A stretch of DNA of 64,000 nt from Schizosaccharomyces osmophilus (Eukaryota), in the NCBI RefSeq assembly GCF_027921745.1, contig NC_079240.1, positions 1,984,001 through 2,048,000 on the forward strand, in the 5' to 3' direction. Shown here piece by piece: positions 37,401-48,010 of this stretch (its first letter is position 1; each line of letters begins with the position of its first letter). The notes beneath the pieces were generated by a model. That model did not search any database and had not been told where the DNA came from. It saw only the letters and a program-made list of their open reading frames with translations. The position numbers and the translations under genes were made by a program.

Positions 37401-38520
37401 TATACACTTCAGCAATTAGCAAGGATTGAGGGCATTCCTGATAGGCTTGTGTCAATATGGACAGCACTTGATCTTGTGAAAGCAGATTGTCTTTGGATTG
37501 ATTTGCATCATAGTTCTCATTTTGTTTAGATGGGGAATCATCAGACTCACTTCCTTCCGGCGGATGCGTCTCCATCCAATAATCAGACTTTTGAATTGCA
37601 GCCAACGCTTTTGATAAAGGGTTTTCTGAAAATAGAGTACAGAACTCTGTCACCTCACCAGAGTTTAATTGATCGATATTTGAATGATCCTGCCATTCCA
37701 AATAAATAGTCCACGCGGTCGGTTCCGGAATATGTAATGTAACCATGCCTTGCACAAGTTCCCAAACTTTGTTCTGCCAAATTGGCTTTCCTTGACTGTC
37801 AGATGCGTAGAGTCGTTTCAAATACATGTACAGTAACTTAGTTTCCGTCAAGCGACGAATTTCATCATCCTGAGACCAATTAATGATTTCCATATAGATA
37901 TTTTCGATAGGAGAATTATCCATGATTTCTTTTTCCACATCGCGAATTACTTGATCAAGGCGAGCGCCAAGTCTGCTTTTTCTTTTATTAATTTCCCTTT
38001 GATAGTAGTCATGATCAAGAAACTCTTGCAAGTCTGCCATTTGCATATACAAACTTTGGACAGGCTCAATTCGACCCTCAAGGAATTGATATAACTGACC
38101 TTGACTAGGCGTCAGTAAAGACAATGCTTTTATTTGATCAGGTTTAGATCCTTGTTCACGAACGAGATCTAAATACTTTTTCACAAAACTTAAACATTTT
38201 TCACTCTCATTGGCTTCCATGAGCTTATAAGCCAACACTTCTGTTGACTGATGAAGCCCATGAATGTCTTTGAATTTTTCCTGTAGGTTCCACAAACCCT
38301 GCCAAGCAAGCAGAGGTTTATCATCTAATTCTATTGCATTTTGATATGCCTTCTTCGCCTCAAGTTCCTTACTTAAAGAAAAGTTAGCAACACCTAGAAA
38401 CACATAAGCGTTATAATTTTCAGAGTCAAAAGAGAGAGCTTTTTCACACTGAGTTATAGTTTCTTCATAATCTTTTGTGCTCAAAGCCTCTCTAGCAGCT
38501 TTTAGCGCAGGTTTTGCCAT
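34423..38520 (-). CDS. ski3: Ski complex TPR-repeat subunit
   Basis: Starts MAKPALKAAREAL at ATG 38520; NYNAYVFLG, LAWQGL, RAMKCYQKAFEL, LGEAYARSGRY; TPRs throughout. Confidence 0.93.
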   Translation of the reverse strand: MAKPALKAAREALSTKDYEETITQCEKALSFDSENYNAYVFLGVANFSLSKELEAKKAYQNAIELDDKPLLAWQGLWNLQEKFKDIHGLHQSTEVLAYKLMEANESEKCLSFVKKYLDLVREQGSKPDQIKALSLLTPSQGQLYQFLEGRIEPVQSLYMQMADLQEFLDHDYYQREINKRKSRLGARLDQVIRDVEKEIMDNSPIENIYMEIINWSQDDEIRRLTETKLLYMYLKRLYASDSQGKPIWQNKVWELVQGMVTLHIPEPTAWTIYLEWQDHSNIDQLNSGEVTEFCTLFSENPLSKALAAIQKSDYWMETHPPEGSESDDSPSKQNENYDANQSKDNLLSQDQVLSILTQAYQECPQSLLIAEVYTQYCVYLKEYTDVVQLSLSALNTLKKTESDTGLQYQELPYVLSLFLAIGYSHYEVPRYLLQAGELYKKVIAHVPDNYSALIGLAGVQMENEQYGDAAQTLKSVLRENPEDPCLSQLSWCYYMLGDLDKAMEQVQFCLRILQGKSKNKPALAEAYYRFGIYMTKSKIENYEEESFSAFVSSLRCEPNFASTYTELGHYYKNVHDTSRAMKCYQKAFELEASQTDAAEELAKMFAEAEEWELVEVISKRVLSTSQNDLKRKRKFNWHHKSLGVFQLHSKNFQTAIVHFQAALRIFPKDTHCWSGLGEAYARSGRYISASKAFNRASVLDPNDWYTKYFIGSIQKDMGEFENAMETLSSVLQYRPSELCILMCLAESSLRLSKYYIHHGYYQRSALTSQKTIDICCTILNMDNNIYSCWKMLGDACMIFSKLGKYHADFPANSVSDLLVSTESMNLANNGRQINNMIYFPDLENKDPNYMIACGCTCFTILLSLSADDRFLLPASWYNTGVSYFTLFNCGKNKLYLEVAIDCLKQAIKLEPKNNNFWCMLGVLLSNSSAIRAAQHCFVQALQINERDADVWVNYGALCLQILDIECADTAFTRAISIDPDNSRAWLGYAYCSISVGDHGKNVQALQHAFEISGGNIRDVNYWFASTMLALANLEQEKDVLKLWNAVYAIKRYLSEIPNDAYAKFIRSSLLEHLEEPNDSAQTAHELCQLLEKEYDATESASALEKYVDAKGQLARLCLRLNKFEESSENASVALDLINEEDTGAKQISLGLNLTCGLAAYFLSNLEQALQHFEKSLELGEYHPDVVILVAKVLWALGSETGKQAAREQLLSVTEQHPEHIDSLVCLGAIGVADKDTAMMAAIQEALLNINKDKVTNPETLAVIEKLLTILTTAYDPKELQALLLQQLFIHPNAAATWSSLIQQRYTSPSVATAFARTLYTHPSEPADLAEAYRHQKTVSQAQVSVHLVPWEAENWNSLEQTIQSS

Positions 38521-39181
38521 GACAATGGCTTGCTGGTTGTATGGTGGTAGTTTGAATGGTATACATACGAACCTCTGTAAGGTCCACATGCATTGACTAT
38601 AGAAAGCGCGTGTCTTACAGAATTTCTGAGAACAAACTTTGCTAGCTTTTACAATGCCAAAAAGCAGAATGTCCTCATTGTTTAGATTTGTCGTCAGTTG
38701 GAAACGCAAGTACTAGCTGAGTGATTCCAAGCTACTAAGAAAGCAACGAGAGTATTTCTGTGTTTTTTATTAGCTCTCTATAAGTTGAGGAGGAAGAAAA
38801 ATAGAAAACGTGACATTCATTTTTTCCTTCATGCAATCCTTACAATTACTTCACTTATTGGAAACTAGATGAAGCTAGGTATATCAAGATGTTACATTAA
38901 AGAATTGAATAAAATTCCATTGGATCCTTTTTATGTCTAATATTTTAAGAAGGAGAAACGACTTCGATTTGCCAGCATTGAATAGCAATTTGGGGAAAGA
39001 GAAGGGGAATAAACCGCAGACACATCAAGGCATATTGCCAAAAATAAACATTAAAACGATAAATAAAAGCATCCTTATCATGAAACGTGAAAATGAATGC
39101 CATAAATATATACCATACACATCATAACAAAATTTAGTTTGCGTAAATCACAAAAAAAAAAGCAATCGATTTTCTAGAGTT

Positions 39182-39961
39182 TCACGCATTTATCGATTTA
39201 CTTCGCACGGATTTTGGCGAACGATGCTTGCGTTTTCTAGCTGGTGAAGGGATTGGAAATTCAGCAACAATCCTTGTTTCAACCGGCGAAAACTTTGGAT
39301 CTTCTTTTTTATGTTTTTCTACTGATTGAGAAGAGTTCTTGTCCTTATTTCCGTCCTTTTCGTTCAAAGACACAGAAGAACTTTTCTTATGCGACTTGGT
39401 GGCTGCGCTTTTTGATTTAGTGTCATCCGCAAGTTCACGTGGAGATTCTGGATGGCTATGCACATTTAATAAAGTAGAAAATATTGGAGAAGCAACAGGA
39501 AGCTCCTGTATGTTCGATTTTTCATCTACACTGGGAGTAAAGCAGGAATCCAAAGCGGAAAATAGTGTATGCAATAGAAACCCGGCAACGATACCAAGGA
39601 AAACGGCCCACGATAGCAAAACATACAATGGATAAAGGGTGACACCTACCATAAAAACAAAGCGAGCTGGTGCACGTATAAAGTACCAGTATACAGATTG
39701 TATCATGAGAATGGCAGGATCGGCAATGATCAATAGGAGCATCGTACTAGCTTTGATAAAGAACATAGAAATTGTTAGAAAAAGATAAATCCCTGGCAAG
39801 AGGATCCGTCGAAATATAGAGGCACTAATGCTCCATAAAACGACAAATGCAATATACAGAAAACCAGACATAATGTTCGTAAAATTCACCGTCCATTGTA
39901 AAAATCCTTTGCGTAGACCAGGAAGAAGTCCCTGAAATTTCTCTAAAATGGATTTATCCAT
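39182..39961 (-). CDS. Uncharacterised membrane protein with a charged, low-complexity C-terminus
   Basis: 259-aa ATG ORF with 3-4 hydrophobic segments; occupies the position of the uncharacterised gene beside ski3 in S. pombe (recalled). Confidence 0.75.
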   Translation of the reverse strand: MDKSILEKFQGLLPGLRKGFLQWTVNFTNIMSGFLYIAFVVLWSISASIFRRILLPGIYLFLTISMFFIKASTMLLLIIADPAILMIQSVYWYFIRAPARFVFMVGVTLYPLYVLLSWAVFLGIVAGFLLHTLFSALDSCFTPSVDEKSNIQELPVASPIFSTLLNVHSHPESPRELADDTKSKSAATKSHKKSSSVSLNEKDGNKDKNSSQSVEKHKKEDPKFSPVETRIVAEFPIPSPARKRKHRSPKSVRSKSINA

Positions 39962-40693
39962 GGCTGCAAGTTCTCACAATGAACTTGGTTCAGTATAAAC
40001 AAACCTCATGTGACGCATGTTAGGGACTTCCATATAATTATAGAGACACTATTATATTATAGTATTATAAGTTTTTGACAAATTGAAATGAAGTACTTTC
40101 ATTATGTAAGGAACGCCTACTTTCAGATCTTTTAGTTCTTTTTGTTTTCAGGAAAATAAATATGAATATTAACAACATTGATATTCCTTGTCCTTGGAAT
40201 CGTTCATAATTGGTGGGTTACAATGTTACCTAATTTTGTACAGAAGAAAAATCCAAGTCAATTACAAGGGCAAGAAAGAAATATAGATTTGTACAGGCAA
40301 ATTGCAATACAAAAGGAAGCCCTCAGAAAGAAATCGAGGAAAGCAGAGTGATAGGACTAAAATCATTGAGAAATAATGTAAACTTCCTTTGTCTGCAAGA
40401 TGCTTCCATTGCACCTAGTCATTCACTCTTTTGTTCTTTACTGTCGAAAAATGACATAGAAACACCATTCAAGATCCCAACTTTTCATTTTATAGATGGC
40501 ATCGCTTATGATAATCTAAGATATTTCTTATAGGGCAATACTAAAAACAAGAAGTCGGCGATAACGAAGATATAGTGGATATAATCTGATCCTATAAAGA
40601 TTATAAAACGATTTACTATTCTTGCGTTTTCCCATTTTTAGTTATAACAAGGTCTTTTCTTGTACAGCATTTAATACAACACATACATACAAC

Positions 40694-41605
40694 ATGGCCC
40701 AAGATGTAACACCCACTATAGCTGCATCGTCCCAACGACCTGAAAGACAAAAATACAATGTCCCAAAACCAGTTCCTGCTTATTACCCACATTCGGGTTC
40801 TCCTATATATGCCGACAAAGAGTTGTACGCCCGTATTGCAAAGGCCCCTAAAAAATTAGTGGAAACTCATACTTGTGCTCCTCGTTCAGGTATCGCTGTT
40901 ACGATTCCTGCTAAGTCGGTGTTTCGTATCACTACACCAAAAGGTCCTCAGGTTTGTGATCTCAATATCTGGAACCTTCATAATCCCAGAGAACGCTTTT
41001 GGGCTGCTAGGACCCGTCAACTTCATTCCGCTCATGTTTCCACTTTTGACAGACTCTGGTCGAATTTGCCCTACCTGCGTCCCTTGGTTACCATCACTGC
41101 CGACTCTATGGAGGCTCGCCATGACGAGTGGGGAGGCCGAGTTCATGACACTTTAGGCACAAGATGTGATCCTTATGTAGACAAACTGATTTCGGGCATG
41201 GACAACGATTTACATTGCCATTCAAACCTAACAAGATCAGTCATGCCTTATGGCCTTACTGAATTCGATGTTCATGATGTCCTGAATGTCTTTCAAGTTA
41301 CTGGCTTGAACGAACACGATCAATATTTCATGGAAGCATGCCCAGCGACCCCTTCAGACTATTTTGAGTGCTTTGCTGAACAAGATCTCCTTATCGCTAT
41401 TAGCGCATGCCCTGGAGGCGACTTATCCCAATGGGGTTGGGGTGAAAATGAGGAAAGCACAAAGGAAAGCAAAATGGTTGATTGTTGTCGTCCCTTGGCG
41501 ATTGAAGTGCATCAATTACAAAACGAGAAAGACACTCTAAAATGTTGGAACCCTCCTCAATATATCAACTATAAGGGAAATCATGGTCTTCGTGGACCCC
41601 AATAA
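40694..41605 (+). CDS. DUF1989 / urea-carboxylase-associated family protein
   Basis: GPQVCDLNIWN, ERFWAARTRQL, HDTLGTRCDPY, HCHSNL, HDVLNVFQVTG, ISACPGGD; ATG at 40694; intronless. Confidence 0.88.
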   Translation: MAQDVTPTIAASSQRPERQKYNVPKPVPAYYPHSGSPIYADKELYARIAKAPKKLVETHTCAPRSGIAVTIPAKSVFRITTPKGPQVCDLNIWNLHNPRERFWAARTRQLHSAHVSTFDRLWSNLPYLRPLVTITADSMEARHDEWGGRVHDTLGTRCDPYVDKLISGMDNDLHCHSNLTRSVMPYGLTEFDVHDVLNVFQVTGLNEHDQYFMEACPATPSDYFECFAEQDLLIAISACPGGDLSQWGWGENEESTKESKMVDCCRPLAIEVHQLQNEKDTLKCWNPPQYINYKGNHGLRGPQ

Positions 41606-41822
41606 ACCATTTCTGGGCTCGAACACTGCTTTTTCCATAATGCGAGCATATCCGTTTTGTAATGATGATATACAGACATGGTTAATTGAATACTTCGCGA
41701 AATAGCATTTTACAGCTTTTGGAATTGAGAAAGGAATATCTGCTACCTCAGCCTATTGCGAAGCTTCCTAGTAAAAGCTACAGTCATTACAAAAAGAGAG
41801 ATGGTGGTTCACTCATAAGTAT

Positions 41823-43160
41823 TTATTTCAAGACACGATCAATCATTGCCAAAGTTTGCCCTAAATAGTTCGCTGGGTTGACGAGGTCCAACACTTGCTT
41901 CTCTGTCAAGTGATCAGTGACTTTCTTTTCTTGTAGCAATACTTCTTCTAGAGACTGATCTTTCTCGTTGGCTTTTCTACATAATGAATAAACCAAATCG
42001 TGTGCTTCATCGCGCCCCAAAAACGACGCTAATTTCATCATCACCGCCTCGGAGGAAATGAGTCCTTTTGTCAAACTTAAATTAGTTTTCATTCTCTCGG
42101 GATTTACTTCTAAACCCTGAAGCACAAACACGGTGTGCTCTAATGCTTTTCCTGTCAGAGAAAATATCTCCGGTAAAACAATCCATTCAATTTCCCAAGT
42201 GCCAGTTGCGCGTTCATGGTCTTCTACCATAGCATCCAGCAAGGCCGCAACCTTTTGTCGTACACAAGATACGCAAGCTGTAATATATACACAGGAAATA
42301 GGGTTCCTTTTTTGGGGCATAGTGGATGATGATCCTCGGTTGACAATGTAGGGCTCACTCACTTCTCTTATTTCATTCTGCATCATCAATTTAACATCAC
42401 AGGCAAACTTACCCAAAGTGCCAGTGACAAGACCTAAGAAACATCCAGCTTCTGCAATCCGGTCTCGTTCTGTATGCCAAACAATTTCAGGAGGAGACAG
42501 TCCAAGTTCTTTCGCAAGTCGTTCCTGTACTTTTAGACCATTCTCTCCTAAAGAAGCAAGAGTCCCGCAAGCGCCGCCAAACTCCACGACGGAGAGACGT
42601 GGGACTAACTCATCCAAGCGCTGAATATGCCGACGGAACGTACAGAGGAGACGGGCCATCTTAAATCCAAACGTAATGGGAACTGCTTGCTGTAAATTAC
42701 TCCTTCCCACCATTGGTGTATCCTTGTATTTGCGAGACAAGGTTTCTGTAAGCTCAATGGCTTGCTCCAAAAAATACCGGATGATTTTGAAACTTTCTAG
42801 TATTTGTAGTATCGTAACTGTATCGGTAACATCCTGTGTAGTTGCACCCCAATGGCAATATTTCCCTGCATCTTCTCGACAAAGCTTTGAAATTTGATGT
42901 ACGACGCCCAATACGGGGTATCCGATGGTCAACGTTTCTTCTTCTAATTTTTTAAAATCAATATTCTTCACTTCGCATACGCGCCTAATTTCCTCTGCAG
43001 CTTCTTGTGGTATGAGTCCCAATGAAGCTTCTACTTTCGCTAGGGCTGACTCCCAATTTAAGTATTGCTGTGTGCGATATTCGTCCGACCAAATATGGCT
43101 AATTTTGGTTTCCCCAAAAATTCCCCGAAAGACAAAAGAATCAAAAACGCTCGTTGGCAT
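41823..43160 (-). CDS. Fumarase/adenylosuccinate-lyase superfamily enzyme (PcaB/CMLE-like, substrate unknown)
   Basis: HWGATTQD, GSSSTMPQKRNP (SSxMPxKxN signature), DHERATGTW, ASL-C-like GRDEAHDLVY; intronless. Confidence 0.9.
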   Translation of the reverse strand: MPTSVFDSFVFRGIFGETKISHIWSDEYRTQQYLNWESALAKVEASLGLIPQEAAEEIRRVCEVKNIDFKKLEEETLTIGYPVLGVVHQISKLCREDAGKYCHWGATTQDVTDTVTILQILESFKIIRYFLEQAIELTETLSRKYKDTPMVGRSNLQQAVPITFGFKMARLLCTFRRHIQRLDELVPRLSVVEFGGACGTLASLGENGLKVQERLAKELGLSPPEIVWHTERDRIAEAGCFLGLVTGTLGKFACDVKLMMQNEIREVSEPYIVNRGSSSTMPQKRNPISCVYITACVSCVRQKVAALLDAMVEDHERATGTWEIEWIVLPEIFSLTGKALEHTVFVLQGLEVNPERMKTNLSLTKGLISSEAVMMKLASFLGRDEAHDLVYSLCRKANEKDQSLEEVLLQEKKVTDHLTEKQVLDLVNPANYLGQTLAMIDRVLK

Positions 43161-44064
43161 TTCGATTAGAACAATATTATTTCAAGAACGAAATATCTTG
43201 CCAGAAGATGGAATCTTCGTAAATCATTTATGTTGAAAACTACATAAGTATGATTTCATCTTACTGCCGTCAAGTCATTCTACACTGAGAGAACCACGAG
43301 TAGAGGAAGAGTTTTGAATAAGCATTCAACTATTAAAAAAGTAAGTCTTGCCTCTTCATCGTAAGTCTTAGATAACCTGCCTGAGCAACACTAGAAAATA
43401 CGTTTCCAAAACTCAGAAACGAAGTTATGTCTCCTTTGACTTTTCAAAAGTAGCGTGAAAAAGTCTCTCAAGATAGCGGACTCTTTATTTGCATGAGTTT
43501 TGTTTTTGATGTGTTGGTCGCAGGTATTTTCTGAGACATCAAGTCCCATTAGCAGGTCCCTGTTCGTTGAATTTAGGATTTTAAAATATAATTATTCCTT
43601 TCATATTCTTTCCATAGAATTGACAATACGAAGTAAAGTATTCCCATTCTTGCTTTTCATCGTAATGTTTCCTTAATATAATATTTTGGGTAAGTCGCGT
43701 TGTTCAGAAAACCATCTGTTTGTGGGCATCTTTTGCTATAGATTAAAGCTGCTTTCGAATTGTATAAAGTCTTTCGATGCCAAAAAGCCTAGATTTGGAT
43801 GGCAGCTGGAGTATGGAAAGTACGCTCCACGCTAACATTGAAGCCTACCATTATCCAGAGGGACGAAACATCCGCTCTTCCTTTATCATATGTATTTTCT
43901 TTCTTTATATTTTACATAAAGTTAATCTTAATCACACACTAACTCCCATTTTTTCCACCAAAGAGACGAGTAACTTGTTACCTTCTGTCCAAGTTCAACA
44001 AGGGTACATCAATTCCAAGTCAACGATACAGCAAGAATCAAATCTTGTAAAAATTCCTGACATT

Positions 44065-44453
44065 ATGAGCTTGGCTGACTTTGTTGAAAGTAAGTACCTT
44101 TTTTTGAAAGAAAATATTGACACTGGTTATTGTGACAGAGAAAGTTCAAGTCATTACAAATGATGGGCGTGTTGTTTTAGGCTTCTTGCGAGGATTTGAC
44201 CATACAACAAATTTGATTCTTTCAGAGTCTATAGAAAGAATTATTACTTTAGACCAAGACGCAGAAACGATTCCTTTAGGTGTTTATTTGTTACGCGGTG
44301 AGAATGTGTACGTAACAACATGCGTTTTACAAGGAATAATGAGACGTGCTAACCTATTATAGAGCTATCGTTGGGCTGGTAAATGAAAGTTTGGACGCCG
44401 ATATTGATTGGGAAAAAATTCGGGGTGAGCCAATTCCTGATATTGTTCATTAG
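44065..44453 (+). CDS. lsm8: U6 snRNP Sm-like protein Lsm8, 3 exons (44065-44089, 44139-44307, 44363-44453)
   Basis: MSLADFVEKKVQVITNDGRVVLGFLRGFDHTTNLIL...LGVYLLRGENVAIVG...IPDIVH*. Confidence 0.94.
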
Positions 44454-45126
44454 AGAGGATATGTATTCCGATAGAACTAAGCAAGGAATAATGTTTCTTG
44501 GTACCATAAACTATAAGAAAAAATGAGTTTTTGAATCTCAAATTTGAGGAATTGAGAATATGGCCTTGACTTTAATTCATCTGCCATTCCAACATGGATT
44601 TTTCCTCGATCTTGGTTAGGAAACGTAAAAGGAAACATGATTATTCAAAACAAGTATCCAAATGCATCTTCAGTGGAGCATATGCGTCCTGCACTCTTCT
44701 TTGACCTGCCCAATGTGTACTTTTCCGAGTTAGTTATTACCAATAACTTTGCACCGCTGGATATTTTTTTCAGATCATCGATAGAAATTCTTTTTCCCGT
44801 TTCAATATCTTAAACCATACCTATACAAGTCTTGTTTTACACATGTGAAAGCATGGTTGCATATGATGGGGACAGCCATGCGATCGAGCTTGCGTGATTC
44901 TCTTTTGCTTTTCTCTCTCTTTCTCAAAAAGAAAAATAGCTATTATTCAAAAGACATGATTGCAATGCTTCCTTCCTTGGACGAGAAAACTTCGTCATAC
45001 TGCATGCTGATTTGGGAATACAATGTTACCTGGCTAGGTTCAATTTTCTCCAACAAGCACAGGAAATGAAAACACACCTTTTGAACATAGTCATCCTGTT
45101 ATTTTGGAATTTTAATATCTGAAAAA

Positions 45127-45746
45127 ATGAGTCTCGTTTTGCCTGGACAAACTGTCGCTAGAGGTGTTGCAAATGGCGAAGGCACAACCACCAAAGGCGA
45201 TTTTGTGATTTCAACTCGGGCTGGCATTTTTGATCCCAAGACAATCTCTGTTAGGTTCCCTGAAAAGATAGAAGAGACGGGAATATTACCGAAAGTTGGG
45301 TCTCTCGTTTTGGCTCGAGTGACAAGGATTAATGTTCGACAGGCTACCGTTAGCATAAGCGTTGTGGACGATATTTGTGTTAAAGAAGAATTTCAAGGAG
45401 TCATTCATGTTCAGGATATTCGTGCTAGTGAAAAAAATAAAGTGAAAGTCCAAAATTCTTTCCGACCAGGTGATATTGTTCGAGGTTTGGTGGTATGTAA
45501 ACTTATGAATTTCGATGAGTCGAATCTCTAAAATTGTTAACATTTAAAACTAATTATTGTAAATAGCTTTCTCTAGGAGATGGATCCGCTTATTTCTTGA
45601 CCACAGCGCGCAACGACTTGGGCGTTATTTTTGCCCAATCGAGTGAAACCGGTGAACAAATGTTCCCAGTTGACTATCAACATATGCAGACAGAATCCGG
45701 ATTCACTGAGCAAAGGAAATGCGCAAAGCCCGTTTTGGATGAGTAG
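45127..45746 (+). CDS. csl4: Exosome cap subunit Csl4, 2 exons (45127-45492, 45567-45746)
   Basis: [50 protein letters not shown]. Confidence 0.94.
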
Positions 45747-46419
45747 AAGATCTCGTTTTCATTTTCTCTTCCTCTTTGATGTTATGATTCAGTCGTTTCT
45801 TATTTTTGTGGAATCGTCGGAATTTTTTAACGAAATAATCCTCCTCAATGGGATATTACGTCCATCTCTAGTTCTATCTCCTTGGATCTTTGTATAAGGA
45901 TCACTTAGTTTACGTTTTTTGTTCACTGTAATGTACAAATGGATATAATTTCAATGGATTCTGGTTTAATAAAATGGACACTTTTGGTAAAAATTAATAA
46001 AGTCGTTTATAATAGTGTACACACCATTTCTACAATAGGGCTTTGCTGTGTTGAGCAGAACATCTGTCCGATACAAGTTGTTGTATTTTGAAGAGCTTTT
46101 CCTCAAGATACATATCATTAATTAATTGAATTTAAAACAACTAATAGAAATTATTTATGCATACGCCTTTGCGTCTGCTTCTTCGGTCGACTTAATTTGG
46201 TACTAAGGTAAGAACACGAGATACCAATTAAGAGTATTTTTGTATTAAGAGCTTTACTTAGTAGTATGGAATCAAATGAATTCTCAATAAAAGAATTCAT
46301 TGCTGGATTCATTCCAAACTAGTGATTCTTGATATCAGACTTACTTGACCACTACCCAGATATACTTTAGTTTCAATTACCTGCAGGACGCCAAGTTTGG
46401 CCAAGTATTGTATTAAAAG

Positions 46420-47477
46420 ATGTCGTCTGGACAAAGAGAAAATGTATTTCCTACTAGAATGTATGGCATGTTTCGGCTGAAAAAGCACTAATAGACGTAG
46501 GACACTTACGGCGATGAAAACCCGTCTTAAGGGAGCTCAAACAGGTCATTCTTTACTAAAAAGAAAGTCTGAGGCTTTAAAAAAGCGATTTCGCGAGATC
46601 GTTATGCATATAGATCAGGTAAGCTACCTTTTACAAGACGCGAATTCAAACTATTCAGACACTTCTGTCATTGTTTGTCAGAAAGCCTGTTTAATACGGG
46701 TTTCATGTCATAAAGTCATTCGCAAACTGTGGAAATTTACAGGATAGTATCTAACATAGTCTACTCAAGGCGAAACATAAAATGGGTCGTGTCATGCAGA
46801 TAGCTGCTTTCTCAATGGCAGAAGTAGGTTTTGCGATGGGAAATAACATCAATTTTGAAGTGCAGCAATCCGTGAAGCAAGCGAGACTTAAAGTTCACTC
46901 AAAGCAAGAAAACATTAGCGGAGTTTTTCTTCCAGCATTTGAAACAAATCTTAATGAGAATATCGATGACTTTCAATTGACTGGTTTGGGTAGAGGAGGA
47001 CAACAAATTCAAAAAGCTCGACAAGTGTACGGAAAAGCCGTGGATACTCTCGTTCAATTAGCTTCCTATCAATCTGCATTCATTCTGTTGGGTGACGTTC
47101 TACAAACAACGAATCGACGTGTAAACTCAATTGAACATATCATCATTCCAAGACTTGAGAATACCATCAAGTATATTGAATCTGAGTTGGAAGAGCTTGA
47201 GCGTGAAGACTTTACTCGATTGAAGAAAGTCCAAAAGATTAAAGAAGAGAGAGAAGAGAATGAGGCCGTCGCAGATACTAAAGAGGCCGGTGCTAACGTA
47301 GTTCAGGCTACTTCAGATGGTGAAAAAGTAAAGCCTCCTTCTACTGAAGTTGGGAAGCAGTTTGTTTCAGAAACAGAGCAAAATACTGAGAAGGAAGATA
47401 CTTACTCACTTCCATCAACCTCTACTAACGTTTCTGATGATGATAAGGCTGATTCTGATGAAGACGTTATCTTCTAG
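46420..47477 (+). CDS. vma8: V-ATPase V1 subunit D, 3 exons (46420-46460, 46501-46618, 46770-47477)
   Basis: RENVFPTRMTL, GAQTGHSLLKRKSEAL, TNRRVNSIEHIIIPRLENTI, EREDFTRLKK. Confidence 0.95.
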
Positions 47478-48010
47478 ACGGCCGGAATTTCCTTCCTCGT
47501 CTTCGTTTCATGTTGATCAAACGCGGTTTCTCGTTTAATGCTTTTGTAATATCCCTTTTTAAAACTACCTTTTTAGTGCATAAAGGGTTTCTTGTTTTCT
47601 ACGAAGCATATTACTGACTCTTCCAAGTTATTTTATAAAACGACGTAATTTGGTGATTGTTGCTTCTTGCAAAATACTACTATTTGTTGATCTTTCTTTT
47701 AGCCTATTTAATGCCATATATAGAATTATCCTTAAGCTGATCTGATGAGGGACATGACTATATTTACATTTAATATACAACTATGCGTGCAAATTGAAAA
47801 AATGGTTGACATCGTTGTTCTATTACAAGGTTTCATTAGCATAATTTTTTATTTCAGAAAAAAAGCAATTTTTGTACCCTCAAAACCAAACTGATCTGAC
47901 CAATAAGCCAAACAAATACAAAGTATTCACTTTGGACAGTTCGTCATCTTATAAGAGAAACCATTAACCATAAGGCCTAAATCCTTTATTACTGAGAACA
48001 AGGCAAATAA

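Noticed and set aside
47741..47900. TGATGA...CTGA resembling a box C/D snoRNA (similar boxes near 16664 and 59892)
   Set aside because: No terminal stem or identifiable rRNA guide; short boxes are expected by chance in AT-rich UTRs.
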